Of a stretch of 64,000 bases of DNA, positions 12,601 to 24,689 are shown piece after piece. Source of the DNA: Hypanus sabinus (lineage: Eukaryota). Under the pieces are notes generated by a model. It had not been told where the DNA came from. It saw only the letters and a list, made by a program, of their open reading frames with translations, and ran no database searches. Position 1 is the first letter of the stretch. Every line of letters begins with the position of its first letter. The stretch is taken from the NCBI RefSeq assembly GCF_030144855.1, contig NC_082714.1, positions 93,682,001-93,746,000 on the forward strand. The letters are read 5' to 3'. The position numbers and the translations under genes were made by a program.

Positions 12601-13567
12601 AAATTACATTCCAGATAAAGCAATGACAGAACCTAACACCAAAGTATAAGTTCATGTGACCCGTAGCTGGTCCCACCCGATTGGCGAGGTGTCTTTAAAC
12701 GAGGAGCTGCCGGGTGCCCAGCTCCGCAGCAGCGAACATTCACAATGTTGGCGTTAGTCCTCAACAACGGAGTGCAGAGATCTTGAGAAGTCGTGAAATT
12801 GCGGAAGAAGAGAAAGAATACAACATGGAATGGGATTAGAAAGGGAATTGGAGGGGGTTTCAGTTGCAAGGAAGCAGCTTAAAAATGATTTACAGATCGA
12901 CGAGGAGATAGAGGTTTGGATTGTGCTGCACTTAGAAAGGAGTTTAGGATTTGGACACAGATAGAAAACGGTTTGAGGGTTAGATGGGTTACACGGAGAG
13001 ACAGTTTCGGGGCTGCAGGGGGTCACACAGAGTGGTAGACCGGCGGCAGGGGTTACGCAAATTGGCTGCTGTGTATGCGATAAGGCAGCGCAGAGATTGA
13101 ATGGGTTGACATACGTAGATAGGGAAGAACGTTGGTGCTCCTGGTGTCAGATGGGAAGGGAGACAGGGAAGATCTAAGGTCGAAAGATGCTGCATTTAAG
13201 GGACAACAGGAGGCCCATGGTCTGTAGGATATTATGGACGTATTTGGTCCACGACTGGACAAGGTTACACAGAACACGGACTGAAGAATAATATTGAAAT
13301 CGGAAGGACATCACAGGGGCAATTTCAGGGATTGGACGAGAGAGTCCTGCGTTTTGTTGTTGGTTGGCGGTAATCATGGAAATTAAAGGTGAATGTAATT
13401 CTTTGCTCAATAATATCATATTCCTTTGATTTGGAATTAACGCATGATAAAGTTTCCTCATACACGTAAGCTGACGAAGAATGGTGCTGTGTGGGGTGTG
13501 ATACGTTAACCAATCTCGTACCATTCCCTTACAGATCTACGCCCAGCTGGCGATTGATACCAACTGA
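575..13567 (+). CDS. Gene A: multi-exon non-rearranging VJ-C1-TM-cytoplasmic IgSF receptor (frameshift near end of C1 exon as assembled)
   Basis: Phase-compatible GT-AG exons 575-617 (L), 1042-1368 (VJ), 5123-5415 (C1), 8682-8801 (TM), 8903-8961 (cyt), and candidate last exon 13535-13567; AATAAA at 13986-13991. Confidence 0.85.
1042..1368 (+). CDS. Gene A V-set Ig domain exon with germline-joined J segment
   Basis: QSP..VGDRAILNC, WYK, DSGIYFC, 7-aa CDR3-like loop ADQLYGD, FGNGSKLVV (FGxG), then ACAG|gtatc donor. Single 327-nt exon, phase 1-1. Confidence 0.95.
2900..4300 (+). mobile_element. Degenerate CR1-type LINE ORF2 (RT) fragment
   Basis: ORF 3820-4059 (WLFEILLHSLDSDIRSKISKFVENIK) resembles the CR1 RT motif LFxIYINDLD..SKISKFADDTK; many stops. 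Boundaries approximate. Confidence 0.7.
4620..4800 (-). mobile_element. V-SINE (HE1-like) fragment
   Basis: ccggagcatccggtggaaacccacgc is the reverse complement of the V-SINE core tgcgtgggtttcc..ccgg.tgctccgg; related copy at ~6150-6330. Confidence 0.5.
5123..5415 (+). CDS. Gene A C1-set Ig constant domain exon (frameshifted near 3' end)
   Basis: catccag| acceptor; SPTIFLLAP..LVMCLVRG..IRWNVSG..DGGYSVRS..WRSGTVCSC. In-frame TGA at 5395-5397; the AAAG|gtatc donor at 5415/5416 gives 293 nt, one base short of phase 1-1. Confidence 0.9.
6150..6330 (-). mobile_element. V-SINE (HE1-like) fragment
   Basis: gcaaaccggaacacccagaggcaacacacgggg..gggagaatgtacaa is similar to the 4620-4800 copy. Confidence 0.45.
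6751..6828. repeat. 39-bp tandem duplication (2 copies, 2 mismatches)
   Basis: gagctacctgtg(t/a)caaatcgaacacctc(t/g)gaacacccgc at 6751-6789 and 6790-6828. Confidence 0.9.
8682..8801 (+). CDS. Gene A connecting peptide/transmembrane exon
   Basis: gtccttcag| acceptor; (D)SLQLQLCHVLSIGLVATLVFLAAGATTVAIRKYRKEHKP; CCAG|gtaac donor; 120 nt, phase 1-1; hydrophobic stretch followed by a basic stop-transfer motif. Confidence 0.85.
8903..8961 (+). CDS. Gene A first cytoplasmic exon
   Basis: tttcaatcag| (V)KGETAGKSTTTRRKDRERD |gtaagt; 59 nt, phase 1-0, after a 101-bp intron. Confidence 0.75.
9075..9300 (+). mobile_element. Tc1/mariner transposase fragment
   Basis: Across frameshifts reads RMGRLVQADRKA.VT.I.T.Y..G..KSI.E.T.RRTL..M.Y.SR, typical of fish Tc1-like transposase N-termini. 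Confidence 0.55.
9490..10262 (-). mobile_element. Penelope-like element remnant (GIY-YIG C-terminus) with inverted terminal arms
   Basis: ORF 9623-10000(-) begins EEQHITYRLSCHQLDGMNIYFSNF, resembling the PLE endonuclease C-terminus; ~180-bp inverted arms at ~9530-9712 and ~10082-10262. Confidence 0.7.
10500..11100 (-). mobile_element. Rex1/Babar-like LINE 3' end
   Basis: ORF 10743-11111(-) contains PLPSGRRYRSI...SFIPQAVRLLN, a typical Rex1-clade C-terminus. Confidence 0.7.
11110..12380 (-). mobile_element. Degenerate CR1 LINE ORF2 fragment
   Basis: ORF 11346-11588(-) has GKSCLPNLSKIFDEVT..MDVVYMDYSETFDEVP (CR1 RT). Confidence 0.8.
12830..13230 (-). mobile_element. Possible Penelope-like N-terminal fragment
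   Basis: LPSHLTPGAPTFFPI weakly resembles PLE PSDL.LS..E.SVLSKGLTFVP; heavily decayed. Confidence 0.35.
13535..13567 (+). CDS. Gene A candidate terminal exon with YxxL motif
   Basis: ccattcccttacag| IYAQLAIDTN* in phase 0, matching the phase-0 end of exon 8903-8961; intervening exons cannot be excluded. Confidence 0.5.
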   Translation: MYAQLAIDTN

Positions 13568-13985
13568 TCTGGAAAGGCAGAGTGAATATTAGCTTCCGTG
13601 AACAACGACAGATTTAGACCTTGTTTCGTATGTGCGGAGCAAGAACTGCAAATGAGTAGTATGATTAAATGTTTTTGTAATGTGTTCGTAACGGCACAAA
13701 CGGAGCAAGTTACAGTTCGGGAGAGACAAACCGGACCCGCCGAGACGAAAACGTGCAGACTCGAAAAAAAGTCCGTGCGCAGGAGGCGCAATTGACTCAC
13801 GGTGCAATCAATCGGCCGCAAGAGCAGTTGTCATATTTCCAGATCTCTCCATCCAAAGCCTCACTCAGAGCTCCCTCAGTCTCAGAGCAATCGGAAATAA
13901 TGAACAACGGATAATCTCCAGTCCCATTCCTGATTATGTACAGCTTGCTAGGATTAAAACTGACACTTGTCCTAACTACTGCTTC

Positions 13986-13991
13986 AATAAA
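13986..13991 (+). terminator. Candidate polyadenylation signal of gene A
   Basis: AATAAA ~420 nt after the candidate stop, just before the CR1 at ~14000. Confidence 0.35.
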
Positions 13992-13999
13992 TTAAAATG

Positions 14000-15600
14000 T
14001 GGCGCGAAATATAGATTTTTTTCTTGGTCGTCGAATTGGTGGTGAGCCGCTAGTATGTAATTGTTCAACAGGTTGTTTGCGTAAACTCCGCTGGAAACAG
14101 GGATCCCGCATTCTCACTCCAGATCAAGAGACGTTCCCACTAAAGGTACAAAAATAAATTCTTACTGACAGGATGTCAAGAAGATTAGAGAGTTAAATGC
14201 GTGGCTCAAGGGTTGGCGTGGGAGAAGTAGGTTTGAATTCATGGGAAATTGGCACCACTATTCGGTTTGGAACCCAACGGGCTCCACCTGAACCGTCATG
14301 GGATCTGAATCCTAGCGAAACGAATAACCAGGGCTGTGGACAGGGCTTTAAAGAAACAGTAGGGGCAGATTGGAGAAGTATGGGTGAAGTAAAAAGGAAA
14401 GATTTGGATAAAGAATACCAAAAAACAAAAAAGGAGAAAAGTAGTAGTGGAGTGAAGAAAACCACGTAGAAAAGAGTAAACAATTACAAGATTTTAAAAG
14501 CACAGTGAGTGTAAAGGCACTTTATTTAAATGCCGATACTATTTGTAACAAGAGCAGTAAACATGTAGTCCAAATCGGTACAAAGCAGTATGATTTAATG
14601 GCCATCACAGAAATGTAGTTGCAAGCTCGGGAAAATTGGGAATTAAATATCCAGGGATATCTGGTAAAACAGAATGATTGGCAGGAAGGTAAGGGAGATG
14701 GGGTAGCGTTATTAATTAGAGATGAGACCAGAGTGATAGAGAGAGACGATATAAGATCTAATGAGCAGAGTGTTGAATCAATCTGGGCAGAGATGAGGAA
14801 CAGTAGTGAAAAAAAGTCTCTGGTGAGAGTTGTCTATCGGCCGCTGAATAATAACATTACTGTGCCACAGGCAATAAACAAAGAAATATCTGAGACATGT
14901 AAGAATGGAACCGCAGTTATCATGGGGGACTTTTAACGTGTACATAGATTGGGCGAAATAAGCTGCTAGACGGTGTCTTGAGGAGAACTTCGTAGAGTGA
15001 CAAGTGACAGCTTACTTAAACAACATTACCGAACCTACAAGGTAAAGTCCTATCTTACATCTGGTTCTATGCAACGAGACAGGTTAAACTAGTCATCCTG
15101 TAGTTAAGGATCCTCTTGGAAATACTGATCACCATATGCTTGATTTTCTCATAGAAAGGGAGAGTGTAATAGTATTATCTACAACCAGAGTATTATGCCT
15201 AAACAATGGAGACTAAACTGGGATGAGGGAGAATTTGGTTAGTGTAGACTGGGACTACAGGCTACATGGTAAGACGGTTGAGGAACAGTGGAAGATTTTC
15301 AAAGGAAGCTTTCACGGTACTCTACAAATGTATATTCCAGTTAAGGGCAAGGACAGTAGGGGTGGGGAAAGCCTTTTATAAGAAAGCAAATAGAAAAGGG
15401 CATCAGACTAAAAATCCGTGTGTACAACGTCGCCTAGAGTAGTGGGAAACACGAAGACAGGGAAAACTTTAACTTTAGGGAAAACATCAAAGAACCACGA
15501 AGCGAGTAATAAAGAAAGGGAAGCTAGCCAATCTAAGGATGAAAGGTTGTATATAAAACATTTTGGGGAACAGGTTTCAGCATTTGACCATGTTACGACA
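14000..15600 (+). mobile_element. CR1 LINE fragment (ORF1 end and APE endonuclease)
   Basis: ORF 14619-14936 has WELNIQGY..GDGVALLIRD..ESIWAEMRN..VVYRP..IMGDF (APE motifs). Confidence 0.85.
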
Positions 15601-15611
15601 TTTAATCTTCC

Positions 15612-18600
15612 GTAAATTACTTTTTTATTGAAATTCATCATCAAACAAACATTTCCATAAGATGCATTTCAGACATTTGTGCCTTTTTTAGAGTCCAGTT
15701 CAGTGTGGGGAGTAAAACAGGAATTAACTCATTTTAAAATTCTTTGTACCACTCTGCCTTATAACCATCTGATCCTGGTGACTTGCTTAAGTTAAGCCTA
15801 CGAATTGCAGCTTCTAATTCAACTTCAGTTTTGTCAGCAGTCGTCCTTCTATTTTGTTCTTCGCTTAAAGTGGGTAACTCTAGAGAATTCAGGTATGTGT
15901 CAATTTGAGGTATGCTTTCCCCGGAACTTTGGAATATAGAGTTTTGCAAAACACTTCAGAAGCTTCTTGAAATTCACTTAGCTTATATTTTGTCATTTCC
16001 GTTCTTGGCTTCCTAATTTTATGAATTGTATTTTCTGTTATCTTTTTTTTTTCAGTTTCCAAGCCAGTATTTCACAGATTTTGATCCACTTTCATAATGT
16101 CTCTGCTTTGGAAACATTAAGTTTTTCTTGATTTCTTGCGTAGCCAAATTATTTATTTCATTCCTAATTCTTTTAATTTCCCCTAATGTATCCCGTGCCA
16201 AATTCAATTTGTTTTTTTCTGTAGTTCCTTCAGCCTATTTTGTAATTCCTCTAATGTTTTATTCCTTATTTTCTTTCTTATATGAAGATATCGCTATAAT
16301 TTTCCCTCTTACGACCGCCTCCAGTGTATCCCATAAAATGGGAGGTGAAACCTCTCCATTATCATTAAATTCTAAGTGGAGACGGATTTCATTTTTTTAA
16401 TTTGTTCCTTAAAGTACGGATCATTGAGTAGACTTGAATTTAGTTTCCCAATAGTACTCTTTGATTGTCGGTCAAAATTAACAGATAGGTATACAGGTGC
16501 ATGGTCACTTACATCTATTTTCCCAATTCCACAGGTGTTTATTTTGTCTTTATCTTTTCCAAATGTTATAAAGTAGTCTATTTTTGTATATTCGGAATGT
16601 GGATCAGAAAATGAGTGTGATCCCTTCTGTCAGGGAAAAGGTCCCTCCATATATCAATTAAACCAACATCCTCAAAAAGTGCATTAACTTTTTATTTATC
16701 ATATTTATTAACCTTTTATATATCAATTAAAGATTTTGTTTCATAGGTTTTTCTATTGGAAGATTCTAAGTTTGGTTGTAATTGTAAATTTAAGTCTCCC
16801 CACATATCAGGAAACCTTTTGTTTCAGTTACCATAATATCAGTACATTTCTGAAAGAACCCAATATCACTTCTCGGGGTTGCGTATATATTCAATAGAGT
16901 ATAGTGAATTGCCGTCTATATTCCCACTAACCAGAATATATCTGCCCTCTTTATCTCCTATTTCGAATACATTTCAAAATTTAGCTTACTTGAGATAAGA
17001 ATACCAACTCCTCTCCTATATCCTGATTTATATCTCTTTAGCTTTTTATGCTCATTATTACTTAAATGAGTTCCCTGTAAATATACTACATGGGCTTGTT
17101 CTTTTTTTCGTTTTAGATAAAATTCTCTTAATTTTGATTGGATTTAATAGCACATTTACGTTAAAAGAAATGAATTTTACCTTCTTAGCCATCTGTATTT
17201 ATCTGTCAATGTATCATTGAAATTAGAATAAAACTTAATCGATCTACCCCCTGAACAATTAAGAACCAAGAAACGCAAATAATAACAAAAATGGTAACGA
17301 ACGTGTGTTTCCAAGGCTGAGGTCTCTAGTAGATGACCCTGCGTTGATCTAGAAGAAATGTCTAGCTGTGGGGGATAAACCCTCCTACTTGTGAGTTGAG
17401 GGCCCTCATTGCAATATTCATAAAAGTCAGTGAACAAATTCATTACACAGATAAGATTTCCCTGTGTACTCCTCCTGTATATATANNNNNNNNNNNNNNN
17501 NNNNNNNNNNNNNNNNNNNNNNNNNNNNNNNNNNNNNNNNNNNNNNNNNNNNNNNNNNNNNNNNNNNNNNNNNNNNNNNNNNNNNNNNNNNNNNNNNNNN
17601 NNNNNNNNNNNNNNNNNNNNNNNNNNNNNNNNNNNNNNNTTATGCACACATACATATATATTCTCAGTTTGGTGGGGAAAAGGAGTAAGTGAGCGAATAA
17701 AGAATAACACCTGAGTAATGTAAAATCCGCATTATAGTAAGTATTTCTCGAGATAGGTATATCACCATGTACTTTTATTCTGTGCTTCTGTTTAGCTTCT
17801 CAGCATTTTTAAAGTTAGCCACACCTTATGGCTCTTCTGAAGTGGGTGAGGACTGTCTTTCGAAAGCTCCCGGTCTCTTCGTGATATATTTCTCTCGGCC
17901 TCCTCCCGTCTCCTGCCTTTTCGATTCTCGCACTATTTCCCAAACGCTGCGGGATAATTCCTCAATCAGGCTTTCCCTCGTTTTGGTCATGCTGACGGGT
18001 AACCCTCTGGGCTTCTTGTCTGTAGTTGCCTGTTGTACTGTTTTGTACAAGCGCGTCCCGTTGACATAAAACACTCGAAGTTTTGCAGGGTACGGAGTTT
18101 GAAACCTAATCATATTTTGCTTTAGTACTCGGTTTACTTCAGAGTATTCTTTGCGTTTCTGGAGCACCGCGGGGGTGGTGGGGGGATAATATTATTTTAT
18201 CCTCTAAAAACACTCTCTTCTTACCCCACGCCCTTCGTAGAATCTCCGCTTTGGTGCTGTACCGAAGGAATTTAATTATTAATGAGCGTGGCTTTCTATC
18301 CTGGGTAGGTTTTGGGAATAACGCGCGGTGTGCTCTTTCGACTTCCAGCTTCACAGGCGGCGGAAGATCCAGCGCGTCCCGCAGTAACTTTTCGACAAAC
18401 TCCGTCATCGAGGAGCCCTCCGCTCCTTCGGGAACGTTTTAGATTCTGATAATTTTCCGCCGTGATCTTCCATCCAGGTCAAGCAGTTTACCTTCTTGGT
18501 GATGTACTATTTTTATTGTCTTGCTCAGAATCCGTTCCACGTTTTGAACTCGATTTTGCACCTTCTCAACTCGAGTCTCTGGGACCACTATTTTTTGATT

Positions 18601-18955
18601 AACGGTGGCGAGCTCTGCCTTAATATCAGGAAGCTGCTGCTCTATTTCTTCCCGGAACTGCCTTATCTCTTTCAGGTTTTCAAAGATATTCGTCGCTTCG
18701 TCTGAACGAGGCCCAGCGGCCGCCTCGCTCGCACGCGGACGTGTCGGAGAGCCGCTCGTTGCACTCCTCTCGGCCGCAGGCTCCGCAGTGATGCTTTTTT
18801 ATTTCCATTTCTTTTCCCCATTCTTGCCCCTCTTTTCAGTTCAAATATTTTTCGAAAAATATTATATTTGACTGGTGAACTGGGCTTAATAGGCGTTTTT
18901 CCGGAGGAGCTAGTGACATAAGCTGCCATACTCGATGATGACGTCACCGGAAAAC
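15612..18955 (-). mobile_element. L1-clade LINE: 5' UTR, ORF1, endonuclease and start of ORF2; RT core absent
   Basis: ORF 18139-18408(-) VERAHRAL..PRSLIIKFLRY (L1 ORF1p-like); ORF 15734-15949(-) LNLSKSPGSDGYKAEWYKEF (pre-RT region); CpG-rich 5' end near 18900-18955. Confidence 0.85.
17486..17639. other. Assembly gap (154 N)
   Basis: Run of N flanked by TA-rich sequence, inside the L1 element. Confidence 1.
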
Positions 18956-19959
18956 GACATTTGATCTTCTAATGACCGTTTGATTTTATATTGTGTCACA
19001 TCATACAGCAACATAACTGGGTTATCGTAGGAATAGCTGACGCCTTGGTTGTGGAGAATATAAATGTCCTTTCTGAATCTGGCCTCTGTCGACTGTAAAT
19101 CTATCGGCATCGTTTCAAGCTGAACTGAAAATGAAACAGGACATATTAAATTGATTAATAAATTAACAATTTAAACGACACAAGTTCTGTTTGTCATCGA
19201 GAGGCAAAAGAAACAGAAATTCTTTTAGAATCGACAGAGAATTATAAATCTGTGAACAAGGATCTCTAATCTCTGAGAATAGCACAAAGGAATACTGTTG
19301 GTGAGATTTGCAAGAAAGGATGTGTTAAATTTCTGAGACTACACAATCAAAGGTATCAAAAGTTACAAAGATACATTTAATGTTAAGAAATGTATACAAC
19401 ATAGATGCTGAAGTTCTTTTTCTTCTAGGTTAGTTACGGATGTCGTTGACGTACTAATTTTGTCACGTTCCTAAATGCTATACATATTTTCTCAGATTCA
19501 ATAACTGTAAGTCGCCATCATTCAAGGAATGCGGCAAAAGAAATTAGTATACAAAGTCTAGTTACACGAACATAATGACAAAGACGTGGAAACAGGAAAA
19601 AAATGGTGACTGGATTTGTTAGAGTTATGGAGTTGTCAGAGTGGAACACATTTGGGAAATCTATCTTTTGAATTTGTAGTTTGCAGAAGTGGTAAAGGCG
19701 AAACAGTTAACGTGTTTACCTTATGAAAGCAGTTAATAAGCTTTCACACAAAATTATTAAAATAAATGTGTTATACATGGCATTGACTGAAGATTTATGA
19801 GCGGAAATAGATTATTTTAACATGAGGTGACAAGTAAATAAGCGATTTTCCAAGGTATAAAGAAAATGAAATGTAGCGCGGAAAATTGTAAGAACATGCA
19901 CATCAGTCAACAGGAGATAAAGAAATTTTAAATGACCATAGAACATAAAAATTAGAATA

Positions 19960-20620
19960 GTACAGCCCAGTACAGGCCCTTCGGCCCAATCCTCAAACCT
20001 TGCCTCCCAAATAGCCCCCCACCTTAAATTCATCCACATTCCTGTCTAGTAATCTCTTAAGTTTCACTAGAGTATCTGTCTCCGCCACTGACTCAGGCAA
20101 TGCATTCCACGCACCAGCCACTCTCCGAGTGAAAAATTTGAACGAAAGACTGAAATATTTTGTTTTCAAGGGACAAGGAATTAATTGTACACAAATCATT
20201 GAAAGTTAATGGGTAGATACAAGGAGCAATTAGGCGGCAAACAACCCGCCGACTTTTGATGCAGGAATTGATTACAAGGAAAAGTTCGGACTAAGGCCTA
20301 ACAGGGTTGACGCAGGGTAAACGATTCTCTTGGATAGAGGTACCCAGAATGAGTGCGATGCTTGAAAAATATGGTTTCCCTTTCAGAATTGAGGTAAGAG
20401 GTTATTTCTTCAATCATAATAAATCTCCAGAATGTTCTACGCGAATGGCATTCAAATCTTTGTATCTGTTCAAATTTAAGATCGAGCTGGATCGAGTTTT
20501 AGATAATAAATGGAAAGCCAGGTCCTGGATTATTATAGGAAAATGGCACCGAGCTACCAAGCCAACCTTGGCCTTATTTAATGGGAATAAGGACGTTGAA
20601 CACAGTGCTGCTGTTACAGA
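19960..20620. mobile_element. Two CR1 3'-end fragments in opposite orientation
   Basis: ORF 19993-20199(-) FFTRRVAGAWNALP..LKRLLDR; + strand 20300-20620 FRIEVRGYFF...FKIELDRVL. Confidence 0.65.
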
Positions 20621-20713
20621 GTAAGTGCTCTGCAACGTGACATGTAAAGTACTGGGGCTACGCGGGTGAAGGAAGCAAATGAATGTCACTTAACACTACC
20701 TCTTTCTTGTCAG

Positions 20714-20970
20714 CGGTTTAAGCAACCTGGACCGCATAACGCTTTCCACGGGTGCTCATGTATCACATAGCGACCTTTGCAGTTAGACGCAATCACTGAC
20801 CTTGAAAGCGTAAACAGGAAACATGCAGCGCGAATTGACACGGCCCGGGACTTTCCACAGACATATTTTTAAATGCTAGACATAATTTTGGCATCCGACC
20901 TATATTTTGCTTACGTTCCGAACCCACCGATATCTGGGCAATCAGTCGGTGCATCTTAGACAGCGACAGT
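20714..20970 (+). pseudogene. Possible highly decayed VJ exon of gene C
   Basis: ctttcttgtcag| acceptor; FKQP..HG.S; gcatccgacctatattttgc resembles DSGxYFC codons; ctgggcaatcagtcg (LGNQS) ~8 codons later resembles FGNGS of gene A; multiple stops and frameshifts. Confidence 0.3.
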
Positions 20971-21063
20971 GAGCTTTTCAACGGTCTGATTCCAGGTTAG
21001 TCTTCGCTCCTTTAAATTTAGGAAGCATTTCTAGTTCCAGGTCGTTGAATTGACTGTTTTAGG

Positions 21064-21140
21064 ACAGGGGTTCCCAATCTTTTTTATGCCATGGACCTCC
21101 ACCATAACCAAAGGGTCCGTGGACCCTATGTTGGGAAGCC
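21064..21140. mobile_element. hAT-like MITE remnant
   Basis: caggggttcccaa ... gttgggaagcctc imperfect terminal inverted repeats around ~55 bp. Confidence 0.5.
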
Positions 21141-21379
21141 TCCGCCTTGGGGGAAGATTGGTTCATGTGCAATTATTCCGAGATAAGCAATGTGCACTTT
21201 GTTGCAGCATTATCACAGCTTCTCACCGGATCTTATAATGACTCTCCTGATACATATAAAATATCTCAAATTGAATTTTTGGAACAAGGACAGAGGATTT
21301 ACTCGCCCTAGTTAGCTCAGTTAGACATCAATGAAGATGACTGAAATATTATTGATTATTGCATTTCCACCCCCTCCAA

Positions 21380-24300
21380 GGCCTACCTGTCTAATAGAAC
21401 CATAAAACATTGAACATTGCAGCACAGAAGCATGCTCTTCGGCGCCTCTTGGCTGTGCCGTGCCATTTACTGCTTAGTCCCGGTAAGGTGACCTGCACCT
21501 GGACCATATCCCTCCACACCCCTCTCATCCATGTACCTGTCCAAGGTTTTCTTAAATGTTTAAAGTGAACCTGCATTTACCACTTCATCTGGTAGCACAT
21601 TCCACACTCACACCACTCTCCGTGTGAAGAAACCCCTCTAATCCTCCCTTTAACCTTTTCCCCCTTAACCCTTTACCCATGACATTTGTTTTTTTTTCTC
21701 TCCCCTAGCCTCCGTGGAAAAAGCCTGCTGGCATTCACTCTTTCTATACACATCATAATTTTATATAGCTCCATCATATCTCCCCTCATTCTTCTACGCT
21801 CCAGGTAATAAAATCCGAAACTATGCAAACTTTCTCTGTAACTCAGTTTTTCGAGTCCCGGCGACATTTTTGTAAACCTTCTCTGCAATCTTTCAACCTT
21901 ATTAATATCCTTCATATAATTAGTTGACCAAAACTGCACACAATACTCCAAATTCGGCCTCACCAATGCGTTATCCAACGACACTATAACATTCCAATTC
22001 TAAAACTCAATACTTTGATTTATAAAGGCCAATGTACCAATGTATCTGTATTCCCAGATCCCTCCTCAGTGCCCTAACATTTACCGTGTATATTCTACCT
22101 TGGTTTGAACTTCCAAAGTATAATACCTGATACCTGTCTGCATTAAATTCCATCTGCCATTTTCAGCCCATTTTTCCAGCTGATCCAAATCCCTCTGCAA
22201 GCTTTGAAAGCCTTTTCAATGTCCACTACAGCACCAATCGTTGTATCATCAGCAAATTTGCTGATCCTATTTACCACATTATCATCGAGATCCTGATATA
22301 GATGACAAATGACAATGAACCCAACACTGATCCATGTGGCACACCACTAGTCACAGGCCTCCACTCAGAGAACCAATCCTCCACTACCACTCTCTGGTTT
22401 CTCCCACTGACCCAATATCTAATCCAATTTACTGCCTCACTAAATATACCTAGCGACTGAATCTTCTTAACTAACCTCCGATGGGGGACCTTGTCAAAGG
22501 CCTTACTGAAGTCCATGTAGACAACATCTACTGCTTTCCCTTCATCCACTTACCTAGTTACCTCCTCGAAAAACCCTAATACATTGGATGCACATGACCT
22601 ACCACGCACAAGCCATGTTGACTCTCCCTAATAAGTCCCTGGCTATCCAAATACTTGGAGATCCAACATCTTAGTCCTCCTTCCAATAATTTATCTACTA
22701 CTGACGTCAAACGTTCCGGCCTATAATTTCCCGGATTACTTTTAAGCCCTTTTTAAGCAACAGAACAACATGAGCTGCCCTCAACTCCGGCTCCGGCACC
22801 TCACCCGTAGATACGGATATTTTAAATATATCTGCCAGGGCCCCTGCAATTTCAACACTTGTCTCCTTTAAGGCCCGAGGGAATACCCTGTCAGGTCCGG
22901 GGGATTGACCTAATCTGATTTGCCTCAATACAGCAAGCACCTCCTCTTCTTCAATCTGTATAGATTCCATGACCTCACGACCTGTTTGCTTTATTTCCGT
23001 TGAGTACATGCCAGTTTCCTTCGTAAATACAGACGCAAAAAAAATTAAGATCTCCTCCATTTCTTTTGATTCCATACATAGCCGACCATTCTGATCTTTA
23101 AGATGACAAATTTTATCCCTTACTATCCTTTTGCTCTTAATATACCTGTAGAAGGCCTTAGATCTTCACGTCGACTGCCAAAGCAACTTCATATTTTCTT
23201 TTAGACCTCCTGATTTCTTTCTTAAGTATTTTTCTCACTTTCTATGCTCCTCAAGCACCTTATTTGCTCCCTGTTGCCTATACATGTTATACATCTCTCT
23301 CTTCTACTTTATCAGAGTCCCAATATCCCTCGAGAAATAAGGTTCCTTATTCTTATTAACTTTAATCCTGACAGGAACATACAAACTCTGCACTCTCAAA
23401 ATTTCTGCTTTGAAGGCCTCCCACTTACCAATTAGATCCTTGCCAGAGAACAAACTTTCCCATTCCTCGCTTTGTAGATCCTTTCTTATTTCTTCAAATT
23501 TGGCCTATTTCCAGTTTAGAACATCAACCCGAGGACCAGATCTACCTTTATCCACGACAAAGTTGAAACTAATGGTTTCAACTTGTAACCAAAGTGATCC
23601 CCTACACAAATTTCCATCACCTGTACTAACTCGTTTCCTAATAGGGGCTCTAATACTGCATCCTCTCTAGTTGTTACCTCTATATATTGGTTCAGGAAAC
23701 TTTCCTGAACACAGTTTACAAACTCTAACCCGTTTAAACCTTTAACAGTATGGAAGTCAAATAAATATGTGGAAAATTAAAATCCCATACTATCGCAACT
23801 TTATGTTTCCTGCAGTTGACTACTATCTCCCTGCAGATTTGCTCCTCCAATTTTCGCTGACTATTGAGTGGTCTATAATGCAACCCCATTAACGTGGTCA
23901 TACCTTTCCTGCTCCCTAGCTCCACTCCTATGGCCTCGGTAGTCAAGCCCTCTAATCTGTCCTGCCTGAGCACTGCTGTAACATTTTCCCTGACTAACAA
24001 TACCACCTCCACCCCAGCCCCCCCACCCTTCATCCCTCTGCCTCTATCACGTCTGAAACATCGAAACCCTGGAACCTTAAGATGCCAGTCCTGCCCCTCC
24101 TGTAGCCAAGTTTCAGTAACGGCTATAATGTCATAATCCCATGTGTCAACCCACGCTGTCAGCTCGGCTGCCTTACCCACAATGCTCCTCACATTGAACA
24201 TTGAAATAGTCTCACCTCAGAATATTATTATCACCACAGACAAACCTTCTATTTGTGACTTTGCATGAACTTTTAACAGCATTTATTTTCACTCTGCTCC

Positions 24301-24380
24301 ACTATTTGCTCTGTCACTGCAAATCTAGTTTAACTACTCCCGCCATAGCACTAACAATGCTGAATCTAATTCTATTTCTC
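21380..24380 (-). mobile_element. CR1 LINE ORF2 (endonuclease + RT + 3' end), degenerate
   Basis: ORFs 23734-24201 (APE), 22707-23075, 22271-22549 (DEGKAVDVVYMDFSKAFDKVPH..GVPHGSVLG) and 21673-21984 are collinear on the - strand. Confidence 0.9.
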
Positions 24381-24488
24381 TTTTTTTCTGTCTCTTTACA
24401 CCATGCTCAAATTTAATCCTTCGGATGTAGGTCTCAATCGGAATTAAGAATTCTAATAATCTGGTGAACTGTCAAGGCAGTTCACGCC

Positions 24489-24489
<1 letters not shown>

Positions 24490-24524
<35 letters not shown>
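24490..24524. repeat. (GT)17 microsatellite
   Basis: Perfect GT dinucleotide run. Confidence 0.95.
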
Positions 24525-24527
<3 letters not shown>

Positions 24528-24689
24528 TATCCAACAAGCGTACGGTGAGATATATATTACAAATAATTTGTTACAGCTTTATCTAGATAACGACCTGATG
24601 AATTTCTTCCTTTCCTAGTTTTTAGTCCTCAGGAGCTCCGAATTAAATCCTTTTCTGTTTCCTGGATATTTCCTTCCGCCGCAGGCATT

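Noticed and set aside
17177-17714. ORFs spanning the N run
   Set aside because: Artefacts of translating the assembly gap.
19405-19506. Possible leader (MLKFFFF) plus 11-nt micro-exon for gene C
   Set aside because: In-frame TAG at the junction, and the sequence reads equally well as a polypyrimidine tract; not supportable.
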